NCBI GenBank assembly: GCA_033763315.1
Contig: JANRKS010000032.1
Span: 288,001-352,000, forward strand
From: Deltaproteobacteria bacterium
Lineage (GTDB): Bacteria; Myxococcota_A; Polyangia; Fen-1088
DNA: 64,000 nt
Direction: 5' to 3'
The translations under genes and the position numbers were made by a program. A model generated the notes under the pieces. It was given only the letters and a program-made list of their open reading frames with translations. It searched no databases and had not been told where the DNA came from. This document shows positions 1 to 10,123 of the stretch, piece after piece; within the stretch, counting starts at the first letter, position 1, and every line of letters starts with the position of its first letter.

Positions 1-111
1 GGCTGGCGGGGGCGCCGCGGGCGTGAGGGGGGCAGGGGCGGGCGTTTGTGCGAACACCACCCCCGGCCCTAAAAGCGCAAGCAAACAGACGGCCGTGTTG
101 CGGTAACCCAC
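1..111 (-). CDS. 5' part of a secreted Pro/Ala-rich protein, running off the window edge
   Basis: GTG start 13 nt after the leuB stop. Translates MGYRNTAVCLLALLGPGVVFAQTPAPAPLTPAAPPPA: a signal peptide plus a Pro-rich linker. Confidence 0.6.
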   Translation of the reverse strand, partial: MGYRNTAVCLLALLGPGVVFAQTPAPAPLTPAAPPPA

Positions 112-123
112 TGTGCTGGCAGT

Positions 124-1182
124 TTACCCCAAGCGGTCAATAACAGCTTGGCCGGCCACCGTTGTGCCCACGCCCGTGCCTTTGGGCGCGATGTCGGCGG
201 TCAAGACGCCCGCTGTGACGGCCTCGTTCACGGCCTTTTCAATCGCGCGTGCTTCTGTCTCAAGATCAAGCGAATAACGTAGCAACAACGCAGCACTCAA
301 AATCGTGGCGTAGGGGTTCGCCACGCCTTTGCCGGCAATGTCAGGCGCGCTGCCGTGGATCGGTTCGTAAAGACCGCACTTGCCTTCGCCCAGCGATGCT
401 GAGGGCAGAAGGCCCATCGATCCTGCGAGCATTGAAGCTTCGTCGGTCAAAATATCGCCGAACATGTTTTCGGTGACGATGACGTCGAAGTCGGCGGGGC
501 GGCGAATCAAGAACATCGCGCACGCATCCACCAGGATGTGCTCAAGTTGAATCTCGGGGAACTCTTCCTTCACAACGCGTTCGGTGACCTGACGCCACAA
601 CCGCGATGTTTCAAGCACGTTGGCCTTATCCACTGAAGTCAGCTTCTTGCGGCGGCCCATCGCAAACTTGGCGGCGGCGCGCACGATGCGCTCCACCTCT
701 GGCACTGTGTATTCGCACACGTCAAACGCGCGATCGCCTTCGCGGCCCTTTTGCCCAAAGTAGATGCCGCCCGTCAACTCGCGCACCACCACCATATCCA
801 CGCCTTCGAGCAACTCAGCCTTCAAGGGTGACGCTGCGGAAAGCTTCGGATGAATGCTTACGGGGCGCAGGTTGGCGTAGAGGCCCAGCGCTTTGCGAAT
901 GCCAAGCAGGCCTTGCTCAGGCCGCACCTTCGCCTTGGGATCGTCCCACTTGGGGCCGCCCACGGCGCCCAGCAAAACCGCGTCGGCCGCTTTGCACACA
1001 GCCACCGTTTCATCGGGGATCGCCGTGCCCGTGCGATCGATCGCAACGCCGCCCAGCAGTGCTTCATTAAAAGCGAACTCGTGGCCAAACCGTTTGCCTA
1101 CGGCCGTGAGCACCTTAAGCGTTTCGCTCACCACTTCGGGGCCAATGCCGTCACCTGGAAGAACTGCAATCGTCGCTTTCAT
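124..1182 (-). CDS. leuB: 3-isopropylmalate dehydrogenase
   Basis: Motifs [70 protein letters not shown]. Start reassigned to the ATG of MKATIAV. Confidence 0.97.
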   Translation of the reverse strand: MKATIAVLPGDGIGPEVVSETLKVLTAVGKRFGHEFAFNEALLGGVAIDRTGTAIPDETVAVCKAADAVLLGAVGGPKWDDPKAKVRPEQGLLGIRKALGLYANLRPVSIHPKLSAASPLKAELLEGVDMVVVRELTGGIYFGQKGREGDRAFDVCEYTVPEVERIVRAAAKFAMGRRKKLTSVDKANVLETSRLWRQVTERVVKEEFPEIQLEHILVDACAMFLIRRPADFDVIVTENMFGDILTDEASMLAGSMGLLPSASLGEGKCGLYEPIHGSAPDIAGKGVANPYATILSAALLLRYSLDLETEARAIEKAVNEAVTAGVLTADIAPKGTGVGTTVAGQAVIDRLG

Positions 1183-1249
1183 GAGGGGCGAATGTGCCAA
1201 AGCCGCCCCCCAGGCGCAACCCAAGAGGACGGCAAGTGGGACTTTGGGC

Positions 1250-1284
1250 AAAAAAAAGGCCCGCAGGCAGGTGCCGCGGGCCTT
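1250..1284 (-). terminator. Intrinsic terminator of the DUF1592/DUF1552 operon
   Basis: Stem AAGGCCCGC...GCGGGCCTT followed by a T8 run on the minus strand, ~30 nt past the DUF1552 stop. Confidence 0.8.
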
Positions 1285-1313
1285 GGTGTTGTGACAAATC
1301 TATGCTGGGACCA

Positions 1314-2732
1314 TCACAGCTCTGCGAGAGCCTTTGGGTTTACTCTGGGGTCACCAAAGGTAGTGAACTCAGCACCCATCGCCTTTGCGATGCTCATGAA
1401 CAGATTCGTGTGAGGCTGCCCATCGTACCGAATCAGTTGCCCCGTCTTCCCCTCCCAAGCGCCGCCCGCCTGACCTGCGACCATCCAGTTCAAGCCATTG
1501 GTGGAGTGTGTAGAGCCTTGAGCAAGCTCACCACACCAAAGGACCACGCTGTGGTACAGCATGTTCTTTCCATCGGCTGTTGGGACTGCTTTAAGCTTGC
1601 CAAGAACGTCAGCAAACTTGTTGCCCATATCTGTATGGAAAGGAACGGTCAAGTCCTTGCGGTTGTCATGATGCCAACCATGCACCGATGGGTGGCCGCT
1701 GTCCTCGATCTGAAGAGTGACGAAGCGGGTTCGGCCGCAGGCGAGGCCGAGCTGCATCAGCTTGGGCATATTATCGGACAGTATGTCGTACCAACCTGAC
1801 TGGGTTTGCGGTTTGGGTGGAACGGATTCGCTGGTGGGTACGATACACGCTGAATTTAGGGTTTGCGGCTTTCCGCTGCCCGTGGAACCGAGGGAAGGCA
1901 GAGCGTTTTCAGCTTCAGACAAGAAGTCGGCATGCGCCTGGAACCGATCAGCGGTATTGGCTCCGTAAAGATTGCTCACCTTGTCTTTCACGGAACTAAA
2001 CTGAACTCGTGCGTGTTTCAGCATCAACCTGCGTTGAGCGAAGCGCAGCTGCCCCTCACTTGGGGCCCCTGGCGTGCCGCTTCCACCGCCGGTGTCAAAT
2101 GTATCGAAGAGCTTCTTCCAAGCTTCGTTAGGACTCTGATAGACGTAATTGTGTGGAGCGTGGGCGCCGGCCTTGGCTGGAGGCCGATAGCTGATTCTTC
2201 CCAACATTTGTGAAGCGGGTGCGAACGCGCTGTCCATCACCGCTAGGTGTAAGGAAGGAATTTCAGTTAGTGCCTGGCCGCCATTCTGCCGAATCAAGTC
2301 GAAGAGAATCGCTTGATCGATCGAAGGGCCCCCCGCCGGATTGGCTCCGCCGTCCGTTATCTTGAAGGCACCGGGCGGACCGTGCGAAGTCGTTGAGTGA
2401 ATCTGACCCTGAGGGTGCCCGCTGGAATTGTCGCCGGGCGGGTTCAGCTCCGCCGAGCGCATGTTCAGCCCGGGTGTGAGGATAAGATCGTTTTTGAAGG
2501 GTGCCAGCGCGGCGGTCGCTTGTCCTAACGAGAAGCTTCGACCAGACCCTGATGCCCAAAGGTCAGGCCACTGACCTTGGTATGTATAGACCACAATAAA
2601 GTTCTTCGGGATGGCCTCTGCGGCATAGGCCGCATTCCGAAGTTCCGGCAGCAACTGAGCTGCTAAGGGGCCAAGTGCAGATGCCTTCAACAACGATCGC
2701 CGTGAAAAGCGGAGCTTATTTGTTGCGTGCAT
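1314..2732 (-). CDS. DUF1552-family Tat-exported protein
   Basis: Tat motif SRRSLLK; LAPFKNDL..GL; GPSIDQ; C-terminal MLYHSVVLW.GE...H and HTNLFMSIAKAMG...FGD. GGAG RBS; adjacent to the DUF1592 partner. Confidence 0.85.
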   Translation of the reverse strand: MHATNKLRFSRRSLLKASALGPLAAQLLPELRNAAYAAEAIPKNFIVVYTYQGQWPDLWASGSGRSFSLGQATAALAPFKNDLILTPGLNMRSAELNPPGDNSSGHPQGQIHSTTSHGPPGAFKITDGGANPAGGPSIDQAILFDLIRQNGGQALTEIPSLHLAVMDSAFAPASQMLGRISYRPPAKAGAHAPHNYVYQSPNEAWKKLFDTFDTGGGSGTPGAPSEGQLRFAQRRLMLKHARVQFSSVKDKVSNLYGANTADRFQAHADFLSEAENALPSLGSTGSGKPQTLNSACIVPTSESVPPKPQTQSGWYDILSDNMPKLMQLGLACGRTRFVTLQIEDSGHPSVHGWHHDNRKDLTVPFHTDMGNKFADVLGKLKAVPTADGKNMLYHSVVLWCGELAQGSTHSTNGLNWMVAGQAGGAWEGKTGQLIRYDGQPHTNLFMSIAKAMGAEFTTFGDPRVNPKALAEL

Positions 2733-2749
2733 TTTGATTACTCCAATGA

Positions 2750-4510
2750 CTACTCGGCCGCGACCCGGCGTACCCGAAACGATGGGTTCTTTACCAGGTC
2801 TACAACTAATTTTTGCATATCAAACTTGTTCTCGATGAATGAAGTGGTCAGCGGTACGACTGCGCAGCCGTCTTCGTCCACCTCGCGACGGGCGTTGGCC
2901 CAGGACCACAAATGCTCGACCACGCACTGTGCAACCTGCTTGCTTTTCCCCATCTTTTCTACGAAGGGAATGGCGTTATCGAACTCGCCGTTGACGTCGA
3001 GAGTATCCATGATTGTGCTCTTGGCGTTCGTTGGCAGCTTGTAAACCATGCCCTTAAACTTGGCTTGTTCCTCGGTCTGAAACGCGCCGATCGAGTTGTA
3101 GTTCTCAAACAGGAACCCGAACGAGTCGAGAGGCTTGTGACAGTTCGCGCATTTGCCCTGCTCTGCCGTTTTCTCGACTCGCTGCCTGTAGGTCATAGCT
3201 TCGTTCTCGTCGAAAGGAATCTGCGTGATGATTCCCGGGGGTGGAGGCGGCGAGGGCGCACAAAGCAACCTCTCCATGATGAAGCCACCGCGCAAGATCG
3301 GGGCCTGCTCGGTTGTGTGTGACATACCTGCCATGATGGCGGGATTGGTTAGGATGCCCTTGCGCTGGGCTGGGTTCAGTTCCACTTCCTTCAGCTCAGC
3401 ACTGCCCGGTTTATCGACGCCGTAGATGTAGGCAACGTCGTCGTTGACCCATCCCTTCGTTGACGAGAACAGCTGCGTCATCGAGTGGTCGCCGCCGAAA
3501 AAGGCTTCCTCAATAAATTTATCCCGACCCTCAATGAGCGCCTTTGCCTGCTTCTCGTCGTACGTGGGATAAAATTCTCTATCTTTGGCAGGTGCCGCAA
3601 CGAAAGCCGAGTAGCGTTTATTGTCGAGCCACTCGTCGAAGAACTCTTTCATCGCTCCGCGAGCGCGATCGTCGCCCAACATGCGTCGCGCCTGGGCCTC
3701 GATCTTCTCGCTTTGCATGAGCTCCCCCGCCTCCGCTGCGCGAAAGAGGTCATCGTCTGGCATGGAATCCCATATCAAGTACGAGAGACGAGAAGCCATT
3801 TCCCAGTTGGATAGTGGTTGCGACTTTTTGTCAGAGATGGTGCCCTGTCCTTCCTCCAATCGAAAGAGGAACTGCGGAGATTGCAGCATCGTTCCAACGA
3901 CCGTCTCCACTGCCATGGCGTGAGAGAACTTGAGCGGTTCCGCGCGTGCTTCTTCGTAAACTTTCTTGAGGTCCGAAATCTCCCCAGACGTTAAAGGGCG
4001 ACGGAAAACACGTTTTCCGAATCCGCTTATAAGGTCGCCGATGCAGCTTCCGTCCTCTTTGGCGCAGCCAAGTTTCGACAGATCCTTGACCGCCTCGCGG
4101 GCTGCACCAATCGCCAACTGCTCGATCGCATCGGCGTAGCCGCGATCTGGCTGCTGCTGGAGCGCGTTGTTGCTAAAGCCTGCCACCCGGGACTCAGGGG
4201 GTAAATCAGTGCTTCGCACTAATTTCGCCGAGTCAGCAATTCCCGATAAAAGGTCCCGGACCGTGTTGGCTAGCTCCACGTTGGTCAGGCGTTGCAGCGG
4301 GTAAGCCGCCTCGTTCATTGTGAGGGGTTGCTCGCATGCCATCGTTTTCGCTGGGTTCCTAGTCCAGGCGTCAGAATCGGCAGGAGGAAGCTCGCTGTCA
4401 GTGTCGAGGTCTGGCTTTTGATCAGTCGGTTTACTACCGCTGCCGGTACAGGCCGTAGCCACCATAGCCGCACCCAATGCCATCGGTCTAAAACGTCCTA
4501 AGAACTTCAT
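2750..4510 (-). CDS. DUF1587/1595/1592/1588/1585 multidomain lipoprotein with one CxxCH
   Basis: Lipobox ATAC; RLTNVELANTVRDLL; FRRPLT; LQSPQFLF; MASRLSYLIWDSMPDDDL; PILRG; CANCH...GFLFENY. GAGGAGG RBS. Confidence 0.88.
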   Translation of the reverse strand: MKFLGRFRPMALGAAMVATACTGSGSKPTDQKPDLDTDSELPPADSDAWTRNPAKTMACEQPLTMNEAAYPLQRLTNVELANTVRDLLSGIADSAKLVRSTDLPPESRVAGFSNNALQQQPDRGYADAIEQLAIGAAREAVKDLSKLGCAKEDGSCIGDLISGFGKRVFRRPLTSGEISDLKKVYEEARAEPLKFSHAMAVETVVGTMLQSPQFLFRLEEGQGTISDKKSQPLSNWEMASRLSYLIWDSMPDDDLFRAAEAGELMQSEKIEAQARRMLGDDRARGAMKEFFDEWLDNKRYSAFVAAPAKDREFYPTYDEKQAKALIEGRDKFIEEAFFGGDHSMTQLFSSTKGWVNDDVAYIYGVDKPGSAELKEVELNPAQRKGILTNPAIMAGMSHTTEQAPILRGGFIMERLLCAPSPPPPPGIITQIPFDENEAMTYRQRVEKTAEQGKCANCHKPLDSFGFLFENYNSIGAFQTEEQAKFKGMVYKLPTNAKSTIMDTLDVNGEFDNAIPFVEKMGKSKQVAQCVVEHLWSWANARREVDEDGCAVVPLTTSFIENKFDMQKLVVDLVKNPSFRVRRVAAE

Positions 4511-4791
4511 TCGGATGCCTCCTCGGTGGAACTGTCGGCGCTACTGCGCGCCCGACCATCCACAAATCCTAAATCGAAGAATTAATCGCCGTTAATGGAC
4601 AAGAGGATAGCTCGAAGCGCTCGGGGATCAATCGGCAATTCTCTTCTTTACTCCGCCGTGGACGAGCATCCGGGTGCAACACTCTCACAAGAAGCGCAGT
4701 CCGAGAATGGCGCATTAAGACTGCCGAATGCGTTGGCTGGGGACGCTGCGGTATGCTAATAAATTGACCTCTTTTTGCTTGCCGCCTATCT

Positions 4792-5316
4792 GTGGGATTC
4801 GGTAGGGTATGCCCTTCCGCGCGACGGGTGGCGCTGTTTGCGGGCGATCCCACGGCGGCCTCTTTCACTGAAGCGGGCGGCCGTCTATTTGATGCCGCTG
4901 TTACGTGGGCCACGCGCACGCGCGAGATGCTGTTTGTGGTCGGCAACGCCGCGCTCAGCCCCGTCGATCAAGCCCTGCTCCTGCGCGCCACCAAGCTTGG
5001 TTTCGGCGTGCACGTTCGAGACGGAGCCAACGCGCAGGTGAGCGACACATCCAATAAGGCGCTGGTGCTTATCTCTGAATCAACTCTATCGGCCACGGTC
5101 GACGCACGTTTGCGCAACATAGCCGTGCCCGCGCTTTGTCTTGAGCCGGCCCTCTTCGACGAGTTCGGCATGACAGGTGATGTGTGGCTCACCAACTACG
5201 GACTTGGCCCTGGGCGCCTCGTGTGCACGCCAACAGCAACCCCCAAGTCCGGCCCCGCTGAAACGTTGTTCGACGATTTGTTGATCTCCGAAGGACAATG
5301 TCCTGTCTCGGGTTAG
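4792..5316 (+). pseudogene. Probable internal fragment of a myxobacterial secreted repeat-domain protein
   Basis: Middle part (LFDAAVTWA..LFVVGNAALSPVDQALL..LGF.V..LVLISES..VPALCLEPALFDEFGMT) reads as a real domain, but there is no credible start, RBS or signal peptide and the ends look unrelated. Confidence 0.45.
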
Positions 5317-5331
5317 CGTTCGGCCCCTCTC

Positions 5332-6240
5332 CTAAAGAAACACGTCAGCAATTTTGCCGGCCGTCGGCGCCTGACGAAGCCAGGCCGCCAGCGTGTCGAC
5401 ATCCCCGCAGCCTCGAATTCTATCGACCTCGGCAGCGGTTGGCGCGAGGCCTCTCGCCTCTAGCACCAGCAACAGGGCACTCGCTAACCCGTCGGCCTTC
5501 CCCTTGGCTTCGCCCTCGGCTTTGCCCTTGGCTTCGCCCTCGGCCTTGCCACCGTGCCAGGCCTTGCGCAGACCCTCGTCTTGAAACTCGTAGTTCTGTG
5601 GAATCATCGCCAAAGCTTCCTTTGCCGCCTCGCTCAAGGCCGCCTTCACATAATCCAAGTATACCGCCGCCTCGTCTTCACCCAGCTGCAAAATGGCTTC
5701 CATGGCGGCCAGGCCGATGCGTGCCGCCTGCTGCGCGTCGTCATCCTGTCCATGCGCCACGGCAGACAGCACCGCCAAAGCCGGCGCCGCCACAGCTTCG
5801 GCGGCGTCCTCGATCCGAGGCAACTCATCCGGCCCCAACACGGCCGCCCTCACATAACCCGTTCCCGGGCCCATCTCCAATGCGTGCCCTGCCCATTTAG
5901 CCACATGGCGATCGGGCGTGACCACCACAAGGATTGTGGGACGTTCGTGGCGCGCCCGAGCCGCCGCGACATACAACGGCCACGTGTACACCTTGCGTGG
6001 ATCAATCCGCAATTGCACTTCCAACACCACCACCATTTCGGTGCGGCCCTCCTGCTCCACACGCAGGACCGCGTCCGCTGCCAATTCCGAAGGCTGCGCG
6101 CTGCCCAGATCGGCGCTGTCGCTCACGAGCTTTTCGTGAGGTGGTAGCAACGACAGGCCTGCGCCGCGCAGCAAGCGCGCGAGCAGCTCAGGCCGATCAC
6201 GAAGCAGCCCCACGAGCGCTTCGTGCAAAAATGTTGGCAT
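5332..6240 (-). CDS. Rpn / PD-(D/E)XK 'transposase-like' family protein
   Basis: MPTFLHEALVGLLRDRPEL; ELAADAV..VVLEVQ (PD-(D/E)XK-like); WPLY; C-terminal GEAKGKAE repeats; DVDTLAAWL tail. Confidence 0.8.
   Translation of the reverse strand: MPTFLHEALVGLLRDRPELLARLLRGAGLSLLPPHEKLVSDSADLGSAQPSELAADAVLRVEQEGRTEMVVVLEVQLRIDPRKVYTWPLYVAAARARHERPTILVVVTPDRHVAKWAGHALEMGPGTGYVRAAVLGPDELPRIEDAAEAVAAPALAVLSAVAHGQDDDAQQAARIGLAAMEAILQLGEDEAAVYLDYVKAALSEAAKEALAMIPQNYEFQDEGLRKAWHGGKAEGEAKGKAEGEAKGKADGLASALLLVLEARGLAPTAAEVDRIRGCGDVDTLAAWLRQAPTAGKIADVFL
5501..5548. repeat. 24-bp tandem repeat x2 encoding the GEAKGKAE helix of the Rpn protein
   Basis: cccttggcttcgccctcggctttg / cccttggcttcgccctcggccttg. Confidence 0.85.
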
Positions 6241-6444
6241 GTACCTTCTTCGGTGCCCCTGCGCCAAAGTTGCGAAATTTGCGTGCAGACAATGCCTGCG
6301 GGCGGGCGCTTTCGATCGCGTCGCTGCACAGGCTTTAGCGTGGGCCCGTGTCTCGTGGGCTGCTCAGACACCCGTTCGGCGTTGAGGCGGCTTTCAAAGG
6401 CTGGTTTGCATCGACCTATGCCATTGCGGGCCGCGGCCGTTCGC

Positions 6445-8289
6445 TTAGAACGGCAGCTTGGCCAGGTAAATAACGTTGTCTTTGGAAGCCCCCTGCGCTT
6501 GCAAAAGCAGCAGATCGTTCGTCGGTAAGGTCATCGAGTAGATGCGGCTGGCCTGCTTTTGCAGCAAAACGGTTCCGCTCGCCCCGGGCCAGGTTTTGCC
6601 GTCGGCGATTGGGGCGTAGCGGATGGAAACGGTGTCGGTGTCTGTGTCGTCGCTCCAGATGAGACCGCGGTCGCCCACCGTGAACCAGAAGTCCAAATCT
6701 TTCGCGTACTTCACCTTCGAGGTGCAATTTTCAGGGTTCGCCACCATGCCTTTGCCGACGAGTAAATTAGGGTCGACGTCTTCGGCCCAAAAAACAAGTC
6801 CTGCGTGTTCCAAAAACGGGCGTCCGTAAAGATCAGTTGTGGCCCCTGACTGCAAGGTGCAGCGAGAGGCGGGTGATGTTTTTGTGGCGGTGGCATTTTG
6901 CGCCACGTACGCGTCACCGAGTCCGGTTCGTTCGTTTGTGTTCTGACTAAAGTACGTGTAGCGAAGATCGCCCGAAAGGCTCGCAGTGGAAACGCCATTC
7001 GCGATGGTTACGTAGTCGTCGGGGGCGGAACGATCACGCAGCAAGCGGAAGCTGCCTCGGTTCTCAACCACGTCCGTAAATAGTCCAACGCCTCGATCCG
7101 TGTTGCTACCATCGGACAGGATAAGAAAAGCGCCGATGTTGTAGCCGATGGTCGTGACGTTCTGGCCGCTGGGGTAATCCGCCAACTTCAAAACGCCACT
7201 CGGACGGCCTTGATCGCTATAGTTGTAGCCGCTCAGATAGTAAAGCTTCTGCGTATCGCGCGAGAAGGCCCACCTCGCAGCGTCTGTGATCAAGGGCGCT
7301 GAGGCTCTTGTGCCGGTAGCCACAGCGTTGGCGGGCAATGACGACGTTAGAAAGCACCATAGGTTCTCACTGTCCGTTGGCGTGCGGCCCGTGGAATAAC
7401 AAAACTGCGAGCCGTCACGCGAGAAAGCACCCCGCCACCTTGAAACGTCGTTTGACCGGGTTGGACGGATGCGATCCAGGCGCGGCAGACCTTGCGCTTG
7501 GGCGTCGTCAAGCCGGCCCGCAAGCAAATCAAATTCAAGCGGCTTCGTTTCGTCGGGCTCGATGTTATCGAGGCACATCGCAACTTGCCCGGCGAAATGT
7601 CCCGCGCACGTGATGCCCTTCTTCGTCGAGATCTGGCGCGGCTCACTCCACGAGGGGCGCCACGCATAGATTGGCCCTTGGTACAGTTCCGTCGAGGCCG
7701 ACGTTGCATCCGCATGAAAGATCAACGTATCGCCATCAAAGCTGTGGGCGTTCGGATGTGCGGGCCCCGTTGAAGGCGTGCCAGTCCACAGGTTGGTGGT
7801 CAAACGTTTGCAGTTGCTGTCTCCAGGCACGCATCGCATGGGAACGCCCTTTGCGAAGGCCGAAACGTTGATGACCCACAACTCTGCGCGGCCGAGTTCC
7901 ACCTCGCGAGAAAAGGCGCACCACCTGTCGCCAGGCGCGGGGATCTCGTTGGTGCAACCGTTGGTGCCTTTGCCCACCAAGACCGCTTTCCCGCTGATCG
8001 GCAGCGCCATGAGACCCATCGACACATTTGGATCAACAGGCCCCGCATCCGTTGGGACGCCGGCGCCTCCGAGGGGCGCGTTGGCCGCCGCATCGCCTAT
8101 CGACGCGTCTGGTTGACCGTTCCCCCCTTCCGCGTTCGGTTCGACGGTCGTACCACCGCCCCTCCCGGCACCACCGGCGCTGATGGCGCCGGCGCCTCCG
8201 TTGCTGTTACCGGTTGCATCAATCGGATCTCCGCACCCGACGCCCGCGAACAGGAAGATCACAACCACCGCACCGCCAAAGTTTTTCAT
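6445..8289 (-). CDS. Hypothetical lipoprotein, probably a beta-propeller-like body
   Basis: Lipobox GVGC; Gly/Asp-rich linker; ~530-aa beta-rich domain with several Cys. Confidence 0.75.
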   Translation of the reverse strand: MKNFGGAVVVIFLFAGVGCGDPIDATGNSNGGAGAISAGGAGRGGGTTVEPNAEGGNGQPDASIGDAAANAPLGGAGVPTDAGPVDPNVSMGLMALPISGKAVLVGKGTNGCTNEIPAPGDRWCAFSREVELGRAELWVINVSAFAKGVPMRCVPGDSNCKRLTTNLWTGTPSTGPAHPNAHSFDGDTLIFHADATSASTELYQGPIYAWRPSWSEPRQISTKKGITCAGHFAGQVAMCLDNIEPDETKPLEFDLLAGRLDDAQAQGLPRLDRIRPTRSNDVSRWRGAFSRDGSQFCYSTGRTPTDSENLWCFLTSSLPANAVATGTRASAPLITDAARWAFSRDTQKLYYLSGYNYSDQGRPSGVLKLADYPSGQNVTTIGYNIGAFLILSDGSNTDRGVGLFTDVVENRGSFRLLRDRSAPDDYVTIANGVSTASLSGDLRYTYFSQNTNERTGLGDAYVAQNATATKTSPASRCTLQSGATTDLYGRPFLEHAGLVFWAEDVDPNLLVGKGMVANPENCTSKVKYAKDLDFWFTVGDRGLIWSDDTDTDTVSIRYAPIADGKTWPGASGTVLLQKQASRIYSMTLPTNDLLLLQAQGASKDNVIYLAKLPF

Positions 8290-8369
8290 GAATAATGTCG
8301 CCGAGCAGCATCATTGCTATGAATTGGATGGGCCGCAAGCTTTAGATCGCCGAACGTGCCATTGCAACC

Positions 8370-10043
8370 TCAGCCCGGATCCCGGAACCCATGGGCGATC
8401 GGAAACCGCCGCCCCGTGCCGAACGCCTTGGCCGATACCTTCAACCCCGGTGCGGCCTGGCGGCGCTTGTGCTCGGCGAGACGCACCAATTTAAGGATGT
8501 CCCGCACCGTGTCCCTTGGGAAGCCTGCCGCGACCAAGGCGTCGGCGTCCATGTCGCGCTCAAGATGAGCCTCAAGCAACGGATCCAGAACGCTGTACGG
8601 GGGCAACGAGTCTTCGTCTTTTTGGTCGGGGCGTAACTCGGCCGAGGGGGGCTTGTCGATCGTGTTTATTGGGATGATCTCGCGGTCGCGGTTGATGTGA
8701 CGGGCCAGTTCATAGACACGCAGCTTGAACACATCCGCAATCACGCCCAAGCCGCCGCACATATCGCCGTAAAGGGTAGAGTAGCCGGTGGCGATTTCGC
8801 TTTTGTTGCCGGTGGTGAGCAGCAGAGCGCCGAACTTGTTTGAAAGAGCCATCAACGTGGTGCCACGCAGGCGCGCTTGCAGGTTCTCTTCGGTGACGTC
8901 GGCTGGCCGGCCCGCGAACGCGGGTGCCAACGTTTGCAAAAAGGCGGCAAACGGCGCCTCGATCGGGATCTCAGAAAAGCGAATGCCGAGGTTTTCGGCC
9001 AGCGCTTGAGCGTCGCCGCGTGAATGATCAGACGAATAGCGCGACGGCAGCGCCACGCCATGAACGTTCTCGGGGCCCAGCGCTTCGGCGGCAATGCAGG
9101 CCACCACCGCCGAATCGATGCCACCTGAGAGACCGAGCAGCGCCTGCTTAAAGCCACACCGGCGGGCGTAGTCGCGTGTGCCCAAGACCAACGCTTGCAG
9201 CAAGGACTCGGTTTCGCCCAGGGCCGGCCGCGCGACGCCGGCGCTTGCCGCTTGTGTATCAACGACCACTAGGTCGCTTTGATGTTGATGGGCCTGGGCC
9301 AGCCGGGCGCCGGTGGCGTCCAGCGCGAACGAGCCGCCGTCAAACAACAGATCGTCGTGGCCGCCCACTTGGTTCACGAACACCAGTGGCCGCTGCCACC
9401 GCCTCACCGTGTGCGAGAGCATCGCCAGCCGTTGGCCATGCTTTGCGATGCCGAACGGCGAAGCGCTGAGGTTGACCAGAATGTCGGCGCCGGCGTTAAC
9501 CACTTCCTGCACCGGATCCAGCGTGTACCGTCGGTGTGGCCAGAACAGTTCGTCGTTCCAAGCGTCTTCGCAGATGGTGATGCCCAACCTGTGGCCGCGA
9601 AAGCTGACGACGCCAGTTTGGGTGCCGGGCTCGAAATAACGATCTTCGTCGAACACATCGTAGGTGGGCAGCAAGCGCTTACGAATAACGGCTTGAACGC
9701 GGCCCTCGAACAGAAAAGCCGCGCTGTTGGCCAAGGGGCGTCCGGCGTGTGGCTGCTCGTGCGCTTGCGTGTGCGAGAGCCGCTCGGCGAAACCAACAAG
9801 GACGGCGGTTGTGCTGCCCACGAGCGCCGCCAGTTTTTGCAGCGTTTGTTCCATCGCGTGTAAGAAAGCATCACGGGTCAGGAGGTCACGTGGGGGATAT
9901 CCACACAGGGCGAGCTCTGGCAGCACCAACACGTCGGCGTTTGCTGCTTCCGCTTGTGCGAGCGCCGAAGCGATAAGCGCGGTGTTTCCCGCGAAATCGC
10001 CCAACGTGGGGTTGATTTGGCCAAGCGCGAACTTCACATTCAC
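8370..10043 (-). CDS. nadE: Glutamine-dependent NAD+ synthetase
   Basis: Nitrilase domain (PELALCGYPP, KRLLPTYDVFDE, ICEDAW) plus synthetase domain (LGLSGGIDSA, ENLQARLR, TGNKSE, PSAELRPDQKD). Confidence 0.96.
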   Translation of the reverse strand: MNVKFALGQINPTLGDFAGNTALIASALAQAEAANADVLVLPELALCGYPPRDLLTRDAFLHAMEQTLQKLAALVGSTTAVLVGFAERLSHTQAHEQPHAGRPLANSAAFLFEGRVQAVIRKRLLPTYDVFDEDRYFEPGTQTGVVSFRGHRLGITICEDAWNDELFWPHRRYTLDPVQEVVNAGADILVNLSASPFGIAKHGQRLAMLSHTVRRWQRPLVFVNQVGGHDDLLFDGGSFALDATGARLAQAHQHQSDLVVVDTQAASAGVARPALGETESLLQALVLGTRDYARRCGFKQALLGLSGGIDSAVVACIAAEALGPENVHGVALPSRYSSDHSRGDAQALAENLGIRFSEIPIEAPFAAFLQTLAPAFAGRPADVTEENLQARLRGTTLMALSNKFGALLLTTGNKSEIATGYSTLYGDMCGGLGVIADVFKLRVYELARHINRDREIIPINTIDKPPSAELRPDQKDEDSLPPYSVLDPLLEAHLERDMDADALVAAGFPRDTVRDILKLVRLAEHKRRQAAPGLKVSAKAFGTGRRFPIAHGFRDPG

Positions 10044-10123
10044 GCATCTAGCACAGCAGACGATGTGTATGTAACTGCGCGCGTTTGCGCCAGCTGCTGT
10101 ACGCTACAGAAATTCACCACCAC

